Of a stretch of 60,988 nt of DNA, positions 27,113 through 37,223 are shown one piece after another (position 1 is the stretch's first letter; each line of letters opens with the position of its first letter). Both the position numbers and the translations under genes were made by a program. Under the pieces are notes generated by a model, which was given only the letters and a program-made list of their open reading frames with translations, did no database searches and was not told the DNA's origin. Source of the stretch: a virus (Duplodnaviria > Caudoviricetes); IMG/VR virus record IMGVR_UViG_3300031753_000298, positions 1-60,988 of that record; one strand, given 5' to 3'.

Positions 27113-27700
27113 ATGGGGTTCTTTTCAAGCGGCGGACGCCAAGCTGTAGGCCAAGGAGTCGGTCTCGCGGGAGTGGCCGGACAAGCCGCTTCGAAACAAA
27201 TCGGTATTGATCAAGGGCTACAACAGGGATACCGTAAAACTGGCGACACGACCGCAAACTCTCTTTTCACTCTACCTGCAAACGGCGGCCTAAATCCCTA
27301 TCTCTCTCAGCAGTTCGCGCGCGAGAAAGAACAGATTGGCAAGACGTATGGAGATCAAGTTGCTGCTGCCCAGCGCGGTCTCACTCAGCGCGGGATGAGC
27401 GTCGCCCCGACCGGCTTGACCGCTTCGATTCAAAACACCGCAATCCGGAACGCCGGAGACACCGAGACCGGAGCGTACAACGATCAGCTCAAGAATCAAC
27501 TTGGGCTAGGTTTACAGGGCGTGAATTACGCGCAACAGCAGCAGCAACTCTACGATCCGTTGAAGGCTGTCGCCGCGACCGATCAAAGCGCCCAAACACT
27601 CGGTCAGCTTGGCGCACTGAAACAACAGATGGGTTCAGGATTTGGCGACGTATTGAAAGCCGCTGGAACCATTCTCCCGGCGTTCAGCGGCGGCGTATAA
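27113..27700 (+). CDS. Putative ejection (internal core) protein
   Basis: Gly/Gln/Ala-rich, MGFFSSGG start, LTQRGM; position after tail genes. Confidence 0.6.
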   Translation: MGFFSSGGRQAVGQGVGLAGVAGQAASKQIGIDQGLQQGYRKTGDTTANSLFTLPANGGLNPYLSQQFAREKEQIGKTYGDQVAAAQRGLTQRGMSVAPTGLTASIQNTAIRNAGDTETGAYNDQLKNQLGLGLQGVNYAQQQQQLYDPLKAVAATDQSAQTLGQLGALKQQMGSGFGDVLKAAGTILPAFSGGV

Positions 27701-27712
27701 GGACTCTCGTTT

Positions 27713-29458
27713 ATGGCTGTGAATCCATTTCTAGCTCGGCTCAACGCGATGCTGGGCCGGCAGAATAAAGGCCAGCCGGTTCCAGACGCAACAGGAAGCT
27801 CCACTCCCGACGCCTCCGCAGGCGCCGCGACAGACGGAGGAAGCTCCGGTTCGCAGGGCGTGAGCGGCCCTCCGCAGCCTCTCAAGATAGCCTCCGGCAG
27901 ATCCGCTCCCGACACCTCCGGCACTGACCAGCCTCCCGCGGCGATCGCTCCTTGGATCGGGCCTCCCGCAGTTGGACAGAAGTCTGCATCCGAGGCTTCG
28001 AAGGATACTCCGGCCGAGGGCGACGTTGCTCCTTCTGCACAGGAGATAGGGACGAGTTTCGATGACGCGGCTGGATCTGACAAAGGTCCGAATGTCGGAT
28101 CTGGCGCGAACGAACCTCTGCTCGCCTCGCAACTCCCCAAGAACCCTTTGATGCGCGCCCTCGCCAAAGTCACTGGGATGGCAAAGGAGTCGCCGGCGCC
28201 CGGCCAAGTCTACACAGGTCCGCAAGGGAAAGCCGCAGAAGGCACGTATGCTGGTCCGAATCAAAACTCAAAACTTGGTACCCTCGCCAAATTCGCTGGA
28301 GGTATCGTTCAGCGAGGAGCCGAGAACTACGGTTCGAATTTTGATCGTGAGATGTTACTCGAACGCGAGAAGATCGCATCTCAGCGTGCTCTCGCTCGCG
28401 CTCAGCTCGCAAGCCTAGATGCCTGGCGCCAAGGGCAGCTCCCGATCAAGCAACAGACTGCTGATGCTGCGACTCAACGCGCGGAGACGGGCGAGGCCGT
28501 TGGCGAAGCTCGGATTCCTCTTCTGTCTGCACAGACAGGATTAGCAGGCGCAAAGACTGGACTCGCTCAATCACAAGATGAGAAGACTCAGCTCGAAGTC
28601 GAGCAGATACGGCAAGGACTGTTTCCTGTGGATCCGATTACAGCGCAGCTTGTGAATCGTCCGGAGTTGGCTGGCAAAGCAGTCTCTCCGTTCATGTGGA
28701 AACAGATGCAAGGCGTGCTCACCGCGCGCGGCCTAAAGGCTATGGATCTTGGGCAAGACGGATATTGGATGGTTGACCGTGCAGGGAATAAAGTTCATCA
28801 GATCTCCGCAGTCGGCCCGAGCGTCGCTCGCGCGCAAGCCTACGGAGCTAATCGTCCTGTGCAGGCGTTAACGTCTGAAGGCAACCTTCAATGGATGCCT
28901 GCAGGCCAAGCCTACGCTCAAGGAGCGTCGCCGGCCGGCGAAGGCACGAAGACAATGCAGAAGGAAGCTCAGTTCCGAGACATTCAAACCGGCTCGGCAC
29001 GTGTTCGCTTGGCAATCAATAATTTGGATACGCCTCTATCGGCTGGAGCGATTTCTTCACTCACGATGGCTATGCGCGAGACTGATCCGAATGTGTTCCA
29101 TCAACTCATGGATAACTTCTTCGGAACTCAACAACTCACGCCTGCACAGAAGGATTTTGCTGTCGCAGTCGCTCAGATTAACGAGCGTGCTCTATCGCTT
29201 CGGAACATCGCCGGCATGGGATCCGGATCTGACTCGATGCGTGCCGCAATTCGCGCAACTCTACCTAACGCCAAGAGCGGCGACAAAGACCTCATGCTGA
29301 AGCAACTCAACGCGTTCGATCAGATGGTGGATGCGTTGCACACAGGTGTACCGGGCACCGCAGTAAATCCTCGCAAACCAGCCGCGTCCACGACTGGCGG
29401 CGCGACTCACATCTGGACTCCGCAAGGACTTAAACCCGCTACCTTCGGAGGACGCTGA
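27713..29458 (+). CDS. Putative ejection protein
   Basis: Disordered N-terminal half, helical Gln/Ala-rich C-terminal half. Confidence 0.55.
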   Translation: MAVNPFLARLNAMLGRQNKGQPVPDATGSSTPDASAGAATDGGSSGSQGVSGPPQPLKIASGRSAPDTSGTDQPPAAIAPWIGPPAVGQKSASEASKDTPAEGDVAPSAQEIGTSFDDAAGSDKGPNVGSGANEPLLASQLPKNPLMRALAKVTGMAKESPAPGQVYTGPQGKAAEGTYAGPNQNSKLGTLAKFAGGIVQRGAENYGSNFDREMLLEREKIASQRALARAQLASLDAWRQGQLPIKQQTADAATQRAETGEAVGEARIPLLSAQTGLAGAKTGLAQSQDEKTQLEVEQIRQGLFPVDPITAQLVNRPELAGKAVSPFMWKQMQGVLTARGLKAMDLGQDGYWMVDRAGNKVHQISAVGPSVARAQAYGANRPVQALTSEGNLQWMPAGQAYAQGASPAGEGTKTMQKEAQFRDIQTGSARVRLAINNLDTPLSAGAISSLTMAMRETDPNVFHQLMDNFFGTQQLTPAQKDFAVAVAQINERALSLRNIAGMGSGSDSMRAAIRATLPNAKSGDKDLMLKQLNAFDQMVDALHTGVPGTAVNPRKPAASTTGGATHIWTPQGLKPATFGGR

Positions 29459-31440
29459 TGCCGGGCAAATGGAACGTGCAAGCTCCCGATGGCAAAGTCA
29501 TCCAGTTTCCCGACGAGTTCACTTCTGACGATGTGAACCGGGAAATGGGGAAGATATACGCTCCGTCTACTTCTCCCGAATCAGTCGGCGCACCGGGGGT
29601 TTCAGCGCCTTTTCCTCCTCTTCGTAAAGGTTCAAGTAGTCAACTTGAAGGAGGCCAATCTCCAATCATTTCGAGTGCTCCCGAAGAGAGCGGGTTGATG
29701 ACTGGCCCTCTATCCAAAGAGAAATCGACATTAACCGGCCGACTAACTGGGACTGATCCGTTGATGCAGCAATTCTATGCGAGGACAGCAGCGTCTGCCG
29801 CCGATATTCCATCTGCGATCTCTGGTGCATTAGAGTCCGTAACGGCTCCTCCGACTTCTGAAGAAAAAACTGAGTTTCCTAGCTTGAACTTGAATAGTCC
29901 GGTAAACCGCGTTCCTTTAGCTGCACAGAGGATGGTTGGTCAGCCAATCCAGCATGCAGTTGATTGGTACGAACAGGCCGCTCGCGGAAAAGTTCCGAAG
30001 CCTATCGAGCAAGCCCAATCCGTCGCGCCCGAAGCTCTAGGCCAAGGAATTCAAGCGGTTGGGACTGGAGCATTAACTGATGCTGTGATGAAAAAAGTTG
30101 TTCCGAGTGGGGTGTCAGGCGATGTACCTTCCGCAACTGACAAACTAAAAATGCGCCAGGCACTGCGCCCGCAAGACAAAGATTTACGGTTTGATCAGAG
30201 CGTTGGAGATGCTTGGTCCCGGATGAAAGACCAGATATCCCAGAACGGAATGCCCGCGACTCTTGGGGATTTCTATGATCTGCTCAAGAACGCAAAGAAA
30301 CAAGTGTGGTCTGAGATCACTTCGAAACTTCAGACTGCGCAGAACACAAAACCTCCTATCAAGGGATTACTCCCTTCTCCTACAGCCGAGATTGATACAG
30401 GTGTTCAGTCTGTGCAGGGCGAAGCTCCAGGCGGAGTTCTACGAGCGGAATCTCAGCCTGCCAATCGTTATGGTCATCCTCCTTTTCCGTCTGATCAAGG
30501 AACTTTTCCTTTGCGCTCGGAACAGCCTCCTCAATTTCTTTCTGGCGGAGCACATCCTGAGATGTCCGGCCAACTCACGAATCCAGCGACTTTACTCACG
30601 CGAGACACGTCCGCTATTTCGGCAACGCGGGATCGCTTGGCTTCTGTTGTTAACGACGAGAGTAAGTTTTCAAAATTGACTCCTGGAGAACAGAGTGCCT
30701 ATGAATCCCAACTCAGCCGCCTGAACAAACTCCTGGAACCGGGGCCGTCCGGAGTCGTGCATGGTCCCTCGATTGATGGAAACCAAATAGCGAACGCTAT
30801 CGAGAAAAGCATTCGTCCACGCGGCAAACTCTTTGCCGATTCTTCTGTGCAGGAATTAAAGGCACGAGCAGACGCGTATCGTGGTCGCACGCTTCCTTTA
30901 GATTACGCAGAGGAACTCCTGCAGGATGCGAACCGAGAAGCGTCTTCGTGGTATCAAGGTGCAAGCCGGGATCCTCACGGACCTCAATATCAAGTATCAG
31001 CGGCCGCAGAAGCTGACTCTCTTCGAAACCAGCTTTACACGAAGATCGACGAGCTAACAAAGTCTGACCCAGGCACTGCGCGACAACTCAAGAAGGAATA
31101 CGGTGCCCTGAACTCATTGCAGAAAGCAACAGGCAAACGGATTCCGGTTGTTTCACGCCAGGCTCCGATGAATCTATCCCAACAGATCATGTCAGGCGCT
31201 CTCCCTGTCGCTGCATTAGAACTTGCTATGCACGGCGGTTTAAGTAGTCCGGAAGCAATCGGCACAGCGGCACTAGGTTACGGAGGTACGAAGCTCGCAA
31301 AGTACATTAACGCGCCCGAGACCTTGCTGAAATCTGCCTTGCGCGAACCGACTAATGTTCCGGCCCCGATATCTCAGGCTCTGCGTAAAGGAGCCGCAGT
31401 AGGTGCCGGCTCGACGGCTCTGAAAGGAAAACGTCAATAA
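29458..31440 (+). CDS. Putative ejection protein
   Basis: N-terminal VQAPDGKVIQFPD motif typical of podovirus injected proteins. Confidence 0.55.
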   Translation: MPGKWNVQAPDGKVIQFPDEFTSDDVNREMGKIYAPSTSPESVGAPGVSAPFPPLRKGSSSQLEGGQSPIISSAPEESGLMTGPLSKEKSTLTGRLTGTDPLMQQFYARTAASAADIPSAISGALESVTAPPTSEEKTEFPSLNLNSPVNRVPLAAQRMVGQPIQHAVDWYEQAARGKVPKPIEQAQSVAPEALGQGIQAVGTGALTDAVMKKVVPSGVSGDVPSATDKLKMRQALRPQDKDLRFDQSVGDAWSRMKDQISQNGMPATLGDFYDLLKNAKKQVWSEITSKLQTAQNTKPPIKGLLPSPTAEIDTGVQSVQGEAPGGVLRAESQPANRYGHPPFPSDQGTFPLRSEQPPQFLSGGAHPEMSGQLTNPATLLTRDTSAISATRDRLASVVNDESKFSKLTPGEQSAYESQLSRLNKLLEPGPSGVVHGPSIDGNQIANAIEKSIRPRGKLFADSSVQELKARADAYRGRTLPLDYAEELLQDANREASSWYQGASRDPHGPQYQVSAAAEADSLRNQLYTKIDELTKSDPGTARQLKKEYGALNSLQKATGKRIPVVSRQAPMNLSQQIMSGALPVAALELAMHGGLSSPEAIGTAALGYGGTKLAKYINAPETLLKSALREPTNVPAPISQALRKGAAVGAGSTALKGKRQ

Positions 31441-31569
31441 TGTCTCAGACAAAATCAAAATGCAATCATGAATTCGTCATCACAAACCCGATACTCAAAC
31501 CACTACTTGAATGGTGCCCGAAATGTGGATGTATGAAAATCCCATTCACGAAAGGCGGTAACAATTAAA

Positions 31570-33348
31570 ATGGCTCCTCCGGCACCCATCTCGAACGCTC
31601 TTAATCCTCCTCCTGTGCAGAAGCCGCCGGATCCGGTCCTCGCCGCGAGCGGTCACGAAGACTTGCTCGGCGATCCTGGCACCGGGTTCATGGCACGAAC
31701 GGGCGAGCGGATCAAGGATAACGTTCTTGCTTTGCCTCGTCTGGCTAAGCAAGCTCTCGAACCGTCTTCTGCACAGACATCGAACAAGCTGAACACGACT
31801 CAATCGGCTGTGGAGAGTATGCGGAGTCCTCTTGGACAGTACAAGGATCCCGCGAACATAGCAGGCGACATGATCAGTATGGGCCTGCCTCTCGAAATGG
31901 GCGGGATGCCTGAGCGCCAGCCTCTTGTTGGCGAGCACCCTGCATTTCATCAGCAGCTCATGTCCTCCACCGAACAACATGGCGCAGCCACAATGAACCC
32001 CCGGACCGGGATGCCCGTGACTGGCAACAAGTTCGCGGTCTCGATCGCTCCTGAACACTCGGTGTATTCAGAAACCCCTTTCTCTCATGAGCAAGTGTCG
32101 AGCTTTGTGCAGCAGCATCAAGATGTGCTTCAACGGAACCCGAACCTACACGTCAGCACAATGAAGGATCCGCATGGAGTCTACTCACTCGAACTCTCCG
32201 CCACGACTTCGAACAAACCCGCTGCTGTGCAGATGGGTCAGGAACTCAACCAGCAAGGCGTGTATCACGTTGGCCGAGGCGAACATGTTCCGACCGGAGG
32301 CACAGGCGAGGCGGCTCCTCATCAACTCTCCGTGGATGAACGCGCCCAGATGCTTCATGCGGCCTCTCCTCAAACGTGGGAGGCTCAGCCTTTCTCTGGA
32401 ACTCACTATTCGGATCAAAAGTTGGATTACATCGACGGGAATCGCCGCGGCATTAAGCCGAACGGGAAGAATGGGCAGCCTACTCCTCCAACCGGACAGG
32501 AAGCTGCACGCCTGAATCTTCAGTCTCAAACAGGAGTCGGTCAAGACGCTCCTCCTGGCTATTACGTGTACAAAAACGGCTCGCGGCCGGAACCCGGTGT
32601 TGGAACGCGTCCGTTCTCTCACTCCGTTCGTGACAACTTCGCGATCGCCAAGATTGGCGATCCGCAATGGGAGCAAGCGGCCCAGCAAGCTCATGATGAA
32701 GTCCTACAGCAGACCGGGAATCCCCAGGCTGCACAGTATGCGAAAGCGAACGCAAAGGAACACGCGATTCGCGATGCCGGGTATGACGGCTACACTTCGT
32801 CTGGGAATCACGGTGTTCATTTCTTGTTTGATGGACACGAAACCAGCCTGGTCGGGTCGCCACCTAAACCGTTCGAGCTACCGGCAAGCCGTCAGCCTGC
32901 ACAGGTGACGAATAATGCGTCAGGGCAGACGATGGCTTCACAGGAAGCGCTGAATCGTCAAGCCAGTGAGAAAGCTCTCGGCGAGCGCCGGGTCGCGGTC
33001 GATACCCGGAGCGGCACCGAGCGTCCGCTGATCGGACCCGAAGCTGTGGATTATCGAGCGCAGCCTCATGAGTCAGTGGAATTCCGAGGAGGCCAGCGAG
33101 AGGGCGAAGTGATCAACGCCGGCAACAAAGCTCGTCCTTACAAAAAGGCGGTATCGAGCGGGGCGGAGAAGGCGCCAAACACAGCCTTCTTCAAGCGTGC
33201 ACTAGCCGAACGTCCGAATGAACCGCTGAAGAATCAGATAGAATATTCACAGCAACTTAGGCAGAAAGCCGAGAAAGCTCCAGGCGGGGATCCAGCCGAA
33301 ATCAATCGGATCGCGAGCGAGTATTTGAAGAGTTTGGGTGCTAAATAA
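31570..33348 (+). CDS. Putative ejection protein with possible ADP-ribosyltransferase-like domain
   Basis: THYS...GQEAARL...YYVY...PEPGVG...EHAIRDAGYDGY segment. Confidence 0.5.
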   Translation: MAPPAPISNALNPPPVQKPPDPVLAASGHEDLLGDPGTGFMARTGERIKDNVLALPRLAKQALEPSSAQTSNKLNTTQSAVESMRSPLGQYKDPANIAGDMISMGLPLEMGGMPERQPLVGEHPAFHQQLMSSTEQHGAATMNPRTGMPVTGNKFAVSIAPEHSVYSETPFSHEQVSSFVQQHQDVLQRNPNLHVSTMKDPHGVYSLELSATTSNKPAAVQMGQELNQQGVYHVGRGEHVPTGGTGEAAPHQLSVDERAQMLHAASPQTWEAQPFSGTHYSDQKLDYIDGNRRGIKPNGKNGQPTPPTGQEAARLNLQSQTGVGQDAPPGYYVYKNGSRPEPGVGTRPFSHSVRDNFAIAKIGDPQWEQAAQQAHDEVLQQTGNPQAAQYAKANAKEHAIRDAGYDGYTSSGNHGVHFLFDGHETSLVGSPPKPFELPASRQPAQVTNNASGQTMASQEALNRQASEKALGERRVAVDTRSGTERPLIGPEAVDYRAQPHESVEFRGGQREGEVINAGNKARPYKKAVSSGAEKAPNTAFFKRALAERPNEPLKNQIEYSQQLRQKAEKAPGGDPAEINRIASEYLKSLGAK

Positions 33349-34499
33349 TGGCAACACCGTGCGTTGTTACGGCAAATTTTGAAGATTCGACAGGAGCTGC
33401 ACTACAGGGAAATAGTTTCCTGCGGTTCCGCTTGAGAAATTTTGCGGGCAACGTTCCTCTCGTAACAGGAACCGCGATCGTTGTCGAGACTCAGTTGGAT
33501 GTGTTTCCAAATGGATCAGGTCTGATCAGCACTAATCTTTGGGGCAACGATTCGATCTCTCCAACTGGAACTTTCTGGACGTGCGAATTCTGGAATAACG
33601 GAAGAATCACCAGCCAACAGAATTACCTCATCACTGGCGCATCCTTCAATCTCAACTCGGCTCCACCGATCAATCCTCCTCCGGCTGCATCCGGGCCGTG
33701 CGGAGGCTTACCGAGCGGAGGCTTAACAGGCCAAGTTCTCACGAAGAATAGCAATACATCATGCGATGCGAGTTGGCAGGCTGTTTCTGCTCCTTTTGGC
33801 GGGCCGCGGCCCTCTTTAGGCAACTGGCACGGCATTACGATGTCGCCGCACACGACAGTCATCACAAACAACAATGCGTACGGCACAAACCCCACGACGG
33901 GCGGAGGAACCGTAACAGCGATCCGGCCCACGGCGACAGAACCTGCGTATCTCATATTTCCGACCGCGGCCAATGTAGGCGGCGGAGACATCGCGTACCT
34001 GCAGGACAACGGCGGCATGAACGATGGCGTCAACAAAGGATCCATCACACTAGGGATTCTCGCAATCACAGAGTATCGTGTGATTGTCCCCATTCTTGCG
34101 AACGCTCGTGCGTATGTTGGTTTCGGTGATCAGCATAACAGCGAGAACGCTATGCGGACAGACTCGATTGGTTCCACTGGAGGACTAAACTTCTGCGGGT
34201 TCCGATACTCTACATCAGCAGGAGACACGACTTGGAAATGTGTCACGGCCAACGCAGTGTCGCAGACTATTGTGGATTCCGGAGTCACGGTATCGGCCAC
34301 GGTTGGCGCTGTGCTCGCAATCAAGTTTAATGGCACGAACGTCCTATTTTTCATCAACGGCGTTCAGGTTGCCAGCATCGCGACGACGGTTCCGACGACC
34401 AGCACGAAGATGGGGAACATTTGCTTCTGCGATAATATCAACCAAGCAAACTCGATCCAGATTGCTGTCGCATATTCTTATTGGTGTACAACGGTATGA
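33348..34499 (+). CDS. Tail fibre/spike protein
   Basis: N-terminal attachment-like domain, LPSGGLTGQVLTKNSNT..DASW fibre repeat, lectin-like C-terminus (FFINGVQVASI). Confidence 0.7.
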   Translation: MATPCVVTANFEDSTGAALQGNSFLRFRLRNFAGNVPLVTGTAIVVETQLDVFPNGSGLISTNLWGNDSISPTGTFWTCEFWNNGRITSQQNYLITGASFNLNSAPPINPPPAASGPCGGLPSGGLTGQVLTKNSNTSCDASWQAVSAPFGGPRPSLGNWHGITMSPHTTVITNNNAYGTNPTTGGGTVTAIRPTATEPAYLIFPTAANVGGGDIAYLQDNGGMNDGVNKGSITLGILAITEYRVIVPILANARAYVGFGDQHNSENAMRTDSIGSTGGLNFCGFRYSTSAGDTTWKCVTANAVSQTIVDSGVTVSATVGAVLAIKFNGTNVLFFINGVQVASIATTVPTTSTKMGNICFCDNINQANSIQIAVAYSYWCTTV

Positions 34500-34756
34500 G
34501 CGAACCCACGATCAACGAAATCATCCTCGGTGAGTTGCGCGGCCTTCGGACGGAAGTTACGCAAGGTTTCTCAGAAACCAAACAGCGGATTACCGCCATT
34601 GAGACGAACACTGAGCCGTTCTTCGAGAAAGACGGAGGTCGCCAGACGATGCAGGAAAGCATCGACGATTTGAAGAAGACCAAGTATGTAGTGCTCGGCG
34701 GGGCCGGCGTACTCACGACGCTCGGCCACTGGCTTCTGCACAAGCTGAATTTCTAA
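34496..34756 (+). CDS. Coiled-coil membrane protein (holin/antiholin-like)
   Basis: Coiled coil followed by a C-terminal TM segment VVLGGAGVLTTLGHWLL. Confidence 0.5.
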   Translation: MSEPTINEIILGELRGLRTEVTQGFSETKQRITAIETNTEPFFEKDGGRQTMQESIDDLKKTKYVVLGGAGVLTTLGHWLLHKLNF

Positions 34757-34783
34757 GCGTGGTAAAATAAAGAAGGAGCATTT

Positions 34784-35215
34784 ATGCCCGGTGGACAAGG
34801 ACCAGGAGTAGCGTACGAGCGAGGGACACAGGCGTTCATTTATACCGCTTTGGCTGCGTCGAACGCCCAAGTAGGTCTCGCAGCTCCAGTCGGCGCCGGC
34901 ATCTTTGGGATCGTTCCAACAGTATCCCGCGGCCAGCTTCCTTTCAATGGAGTGTTCCAAATCCGGGCGATCGGCGGCTCCTTCACGTCGTTCTCAGTCA
35001 CGATTCTAGGGAGTCTGGACGGAGTGAACTTCTTCCCGATCAGCGCAGCCGTCACACAAGCGGCCCCGACCAACATGAGCGTGAACGGAGGAATCTTTAC
35101 GGCTGAGACTTCCGGAGCGGTCGGAATCGATTTCGGAGTACGTTACATCTCTGCAGTAGTCACCGCACTCGTGCTTGGCACCGCAACCGGACTAGAACTT
35201 AGCTTCGCAGTTTAG
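34784..35215 (+). CDS. Putative virion beta-sandwich protein
   Basis: ILGSLDGVNFFPI...VRYISA motif; AAGGAG Shine-Dalgarno; TGGTAAAAT upstream. Confidence 0.55.
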   Translation: MPGGQGPGVAYERGTQAFIYTALAASNAQVGLAAPVGAGIFGIVPTVSRGQLPFNGVFQIRAIGGSFTSFSVTILGSLDGVNFFPISAAVTQAAPTNMSVNGGIFTAETSGAVGIDFGVRYISAVVTALVLGTATGLELSFAV

Positions 35216-35769
35216 AGTCCGTGTACGAGTAGTGCCCCGATCGCTACACCGATCCCGACCGTTTTTAGCGTCGTTCCTACTTTCTTCCAGAACGCAGGTT
35301 TCTTCTTGAGCGCAGCAATCTGGATGTCCTTCTGCTCCTCAATCTTCTCCTGTGCAGATAACTCAGTTTGGCAAGCCTGTAGGTTAACCTGCGCGACCTT
35401 GCACTCCCCTAGCGCCTGCACGAGAGGCATCACGTCCACGCTCACAGAACCGGGAGCCTGGGGGATCGGCCGGGCGTTCAGCGGGACATCGGTGAGCTGA
35501 GGGATCGCCGCGATTGCTTGCTCGGGAGTCTTCACATCATGCACGATGCGGGTGATCACCTGGGTCTGCTGCTTTGCGGCATTCTGCACAGAGATGATTT
35601 GATCCTGGAGAGACTTCACAATTTGTGAAGATTGCTTGACTTGGGCGTCGGCGAGGAGCCGAGCGTCATGCTCTTGAATCCACGAGTGGCCTAGTACGAG
35701 CGCTACGCTGAGCGCAGCGATCCAGACCAGATGAGAAAGTACGAAATGTTTCACGTCCCAATTAAACAT
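35212..35769 (-). CDS. Spanin-like membrane protein
   Basis: N-terminal TM, coiled coil, two Cys, hydrophobic C-terminus; directly downstream of the endolysin. Confidence 0.5.
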   Translation of the reverse strand: MFNWDVKHFVLSHLVWIAALSVALVLGHSWIQEHDARLLADAQVKQSSQIVKSLQDQIISVQNAAKQQTQVITRIVHDVKTPEQAIAAIPQLTDVPLNARPIPQAPGSVSVDVMPLVQALGECKVAQVNLQACQTELSAQEKIEEQKDIQIAALKKKPAFWKKVGTTLKTVGIGVAIGALLVHGL

Positions 35770-36184
35770 AAAACTCCTGTTTCCCGATCGTGGCGACGTG
35801 CGGGTGATGCTCCGGATCGCCGACGATGACTCGCGTGAACCATCCAGAAGTTACGGTTCGCGGGTTGTAGTAGTAGTGAGCACCGCAGGTTGGATCGGGA
35901 TCTTCACCTCTTAACACATACTCTACTAACATGGCGCAGTACGCATATTGAATATCGCCATCCTGCGGAGTTAGGTTGAACTCTGGATCGCTCGACACAC
36001 TCATCGACGTGAACTGATTCTTCGCGAACACTACACGATGCACGTCGGCCGGGAATCCAATCGCACCGACTCGGTTCGCGATCACGTGCATGACCGCGCG
36101 CATGGCTTCCTGCCCGTCTCCGCGGGCTTCCTTCCATGCGCAGAGCGCTACGTTCGCAGCGTCGTCTTGATCGTAGACGATCAT
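35762..36184 (-). CDS. Cell wall hydrolase (SleB/Hydrolase_2 family), probable endolysin
   Basis: WKEARGD....AV.HVIANRV, NQFTS, DPTCGAHYYYNP. Confidence 0.85.
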   Translation of the reverse strand: MIVYDQDDAANVALCAWKEARGDGQEAMRAVMHVIANRVGAIGFPADVHRVVFAKNQFTSMSVSSDPEFNLTPQDGDIQYAYCAMLVEYVLRGEDPDPTCGAHYYYNPRTVTSGWFTRVIVGDPEHHPHVATIGKQEFYV

Positions 36185-36564
36185 TACTTCGCTCCTCTTG
36201 CGATCGGTGCGCCGGCCGCTTCCATCTCAAGCTGGAGAATAGCGAGAGCACGCCAACACATTTTTGCTGAGTGGCGTAGACCATCTGAATCGAACGTCCC
36301 GCGCTCAGCGAAGTGCCGCTGCATTGTGTCGGCATGATCGGCTGACTTCCCGCGAGACCAATGAAGAGGCTGGCCAGGATTGTGCTGCTGATTCCCAGCG
36401 AACGACACCTTCGCAACTTCGATGAGCGCCGAGGCGAAATAATCGAACACGCCGGAAGCGAGCGGGATGTTCTTACGCTCCGCTGAGTCAGTCGGGAGTA
36501 TTGGAGACGGAGTTGCCTGGGACAGATCTTTAGGGACTATCTTTTGGAACGGATTCGTGCTCAT
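36184..36564 (-). CDS. DUF5664 dATP/dGTP diphosphohydrolase-like protein
   Basis: ERKNIPL.SGVFDYF..AL.EVAKVS..GN.QHNPG.PLHW.R.KS.DH.D...RH...D.DG.RHSAK..WRALA.LQ. Confidence 0.75.
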   Translation of the reverse strand: MSTNPFQKIVPKDLSQATPSPILPTDSAERKNIPLASGVFDYFASALIEVAKVSFAGNQQHNPGQPLHWSRGKSADHADTMQRHFAERGTFDSDGLRHSAKMCWRALAILQLEMEAAGAPIARGAK

Positions 36565-36823
36565 CTTCTTGCTCTCTTTCCTGAAGTAGTTTTGCTAACT
36601 CTTGTTTCTCTTTCTCGATCAACTGTGCAGCCTGCGGCTTAGTGAGACCGGCCATATCGCACACGCGCATGAACTCGCGGGAGCCGGTTGTGAGCCAACG
36701 GGCAGCAAGATGCGCAATGTGCAGATCATCCTTCCGGCGCGAGCGCGCTTCTGTCTGTGCAGTCCGGATGACATGCAGCCATAGTTCACGTTCAAGATTT
36801 CTTCGAGGCGTATTCGAGGACAT
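36530..36823 (-). CDS. Conserved phage hypothetical protein
   Basis: ERELWLHVI..A..EA....AARWL....FMRVCDMAGL pattern. Confidence 0.55.
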   Translation of the reverse strand: MSSNTPRRNLERELWLHVIRTAQTEARSRRKDDLHIAHLAARWLTTGSREFMRVCDMAGLTKPQAAQLIEKEKQELAKLLQEREQEDEHESVPKDSP

Positions 36824-37223
36824 AGCATCCAAGTAGGAACTCTTTCGTTTCCTGCCACGTGTCGAACTGCTGGACGCCTGGCGTGTAATGAAACACGTTT
36901 TCTTTTGGGCCGCAGATGATGAGGGTTTTGCCTCGCCCTGCAGCGTAACCGGATTCAAAGTGCCGACCGCCGCGCCGGTGACACGGCCCGTTCTCTGGAT
37001 CCACGGTGAGCAGGACTAATGCGTCTGCCGCGTCGATGTCCTGGATATCGATCTGTGCAGTCTGAGTGAGATAGTCTTCAGTTACATCACTCATCAGAGT
37101 AGCGGGCGCGACCTTTTCGTCGAGCCATCGCGAAGTCACCTCGATCCCACACGCGCGCAACTCTTCGGCTTTAGCGAGTGTTTCGTTCTTACTCGAAAAC
37201 CAAGCGGCCAGATAAACTTTCAT
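36792..37223 (-). CDS. Nucleoside 2-deoxyribosyltransferase-like protein
   Basis: KVYLAA, TSRWL, DIQDIDAADALV, GGRHFESGYA, GPKENVFH. Confidence 0.75.
   Translation of the reverse strand: MKVYLAAWFSSKNETLAKAEELRACGIEVTSRWLDEKVAPATLMSDVTEDYLTQTAQIDIQDIDAADALVLLTVDPENGPCHRRGGRHFESGYAAGRGKTLIICGPKENVFHYTPGVQQFDTWQETKEFLLGCYVLEYASKKS

Noticed and set aside
24295-34499. Diversity-generating retroelement or invertible tail-fibre cassette
   Set aside because: No reverse transcriptase, TR/VR pair or flanking inverted repeats were noticed.
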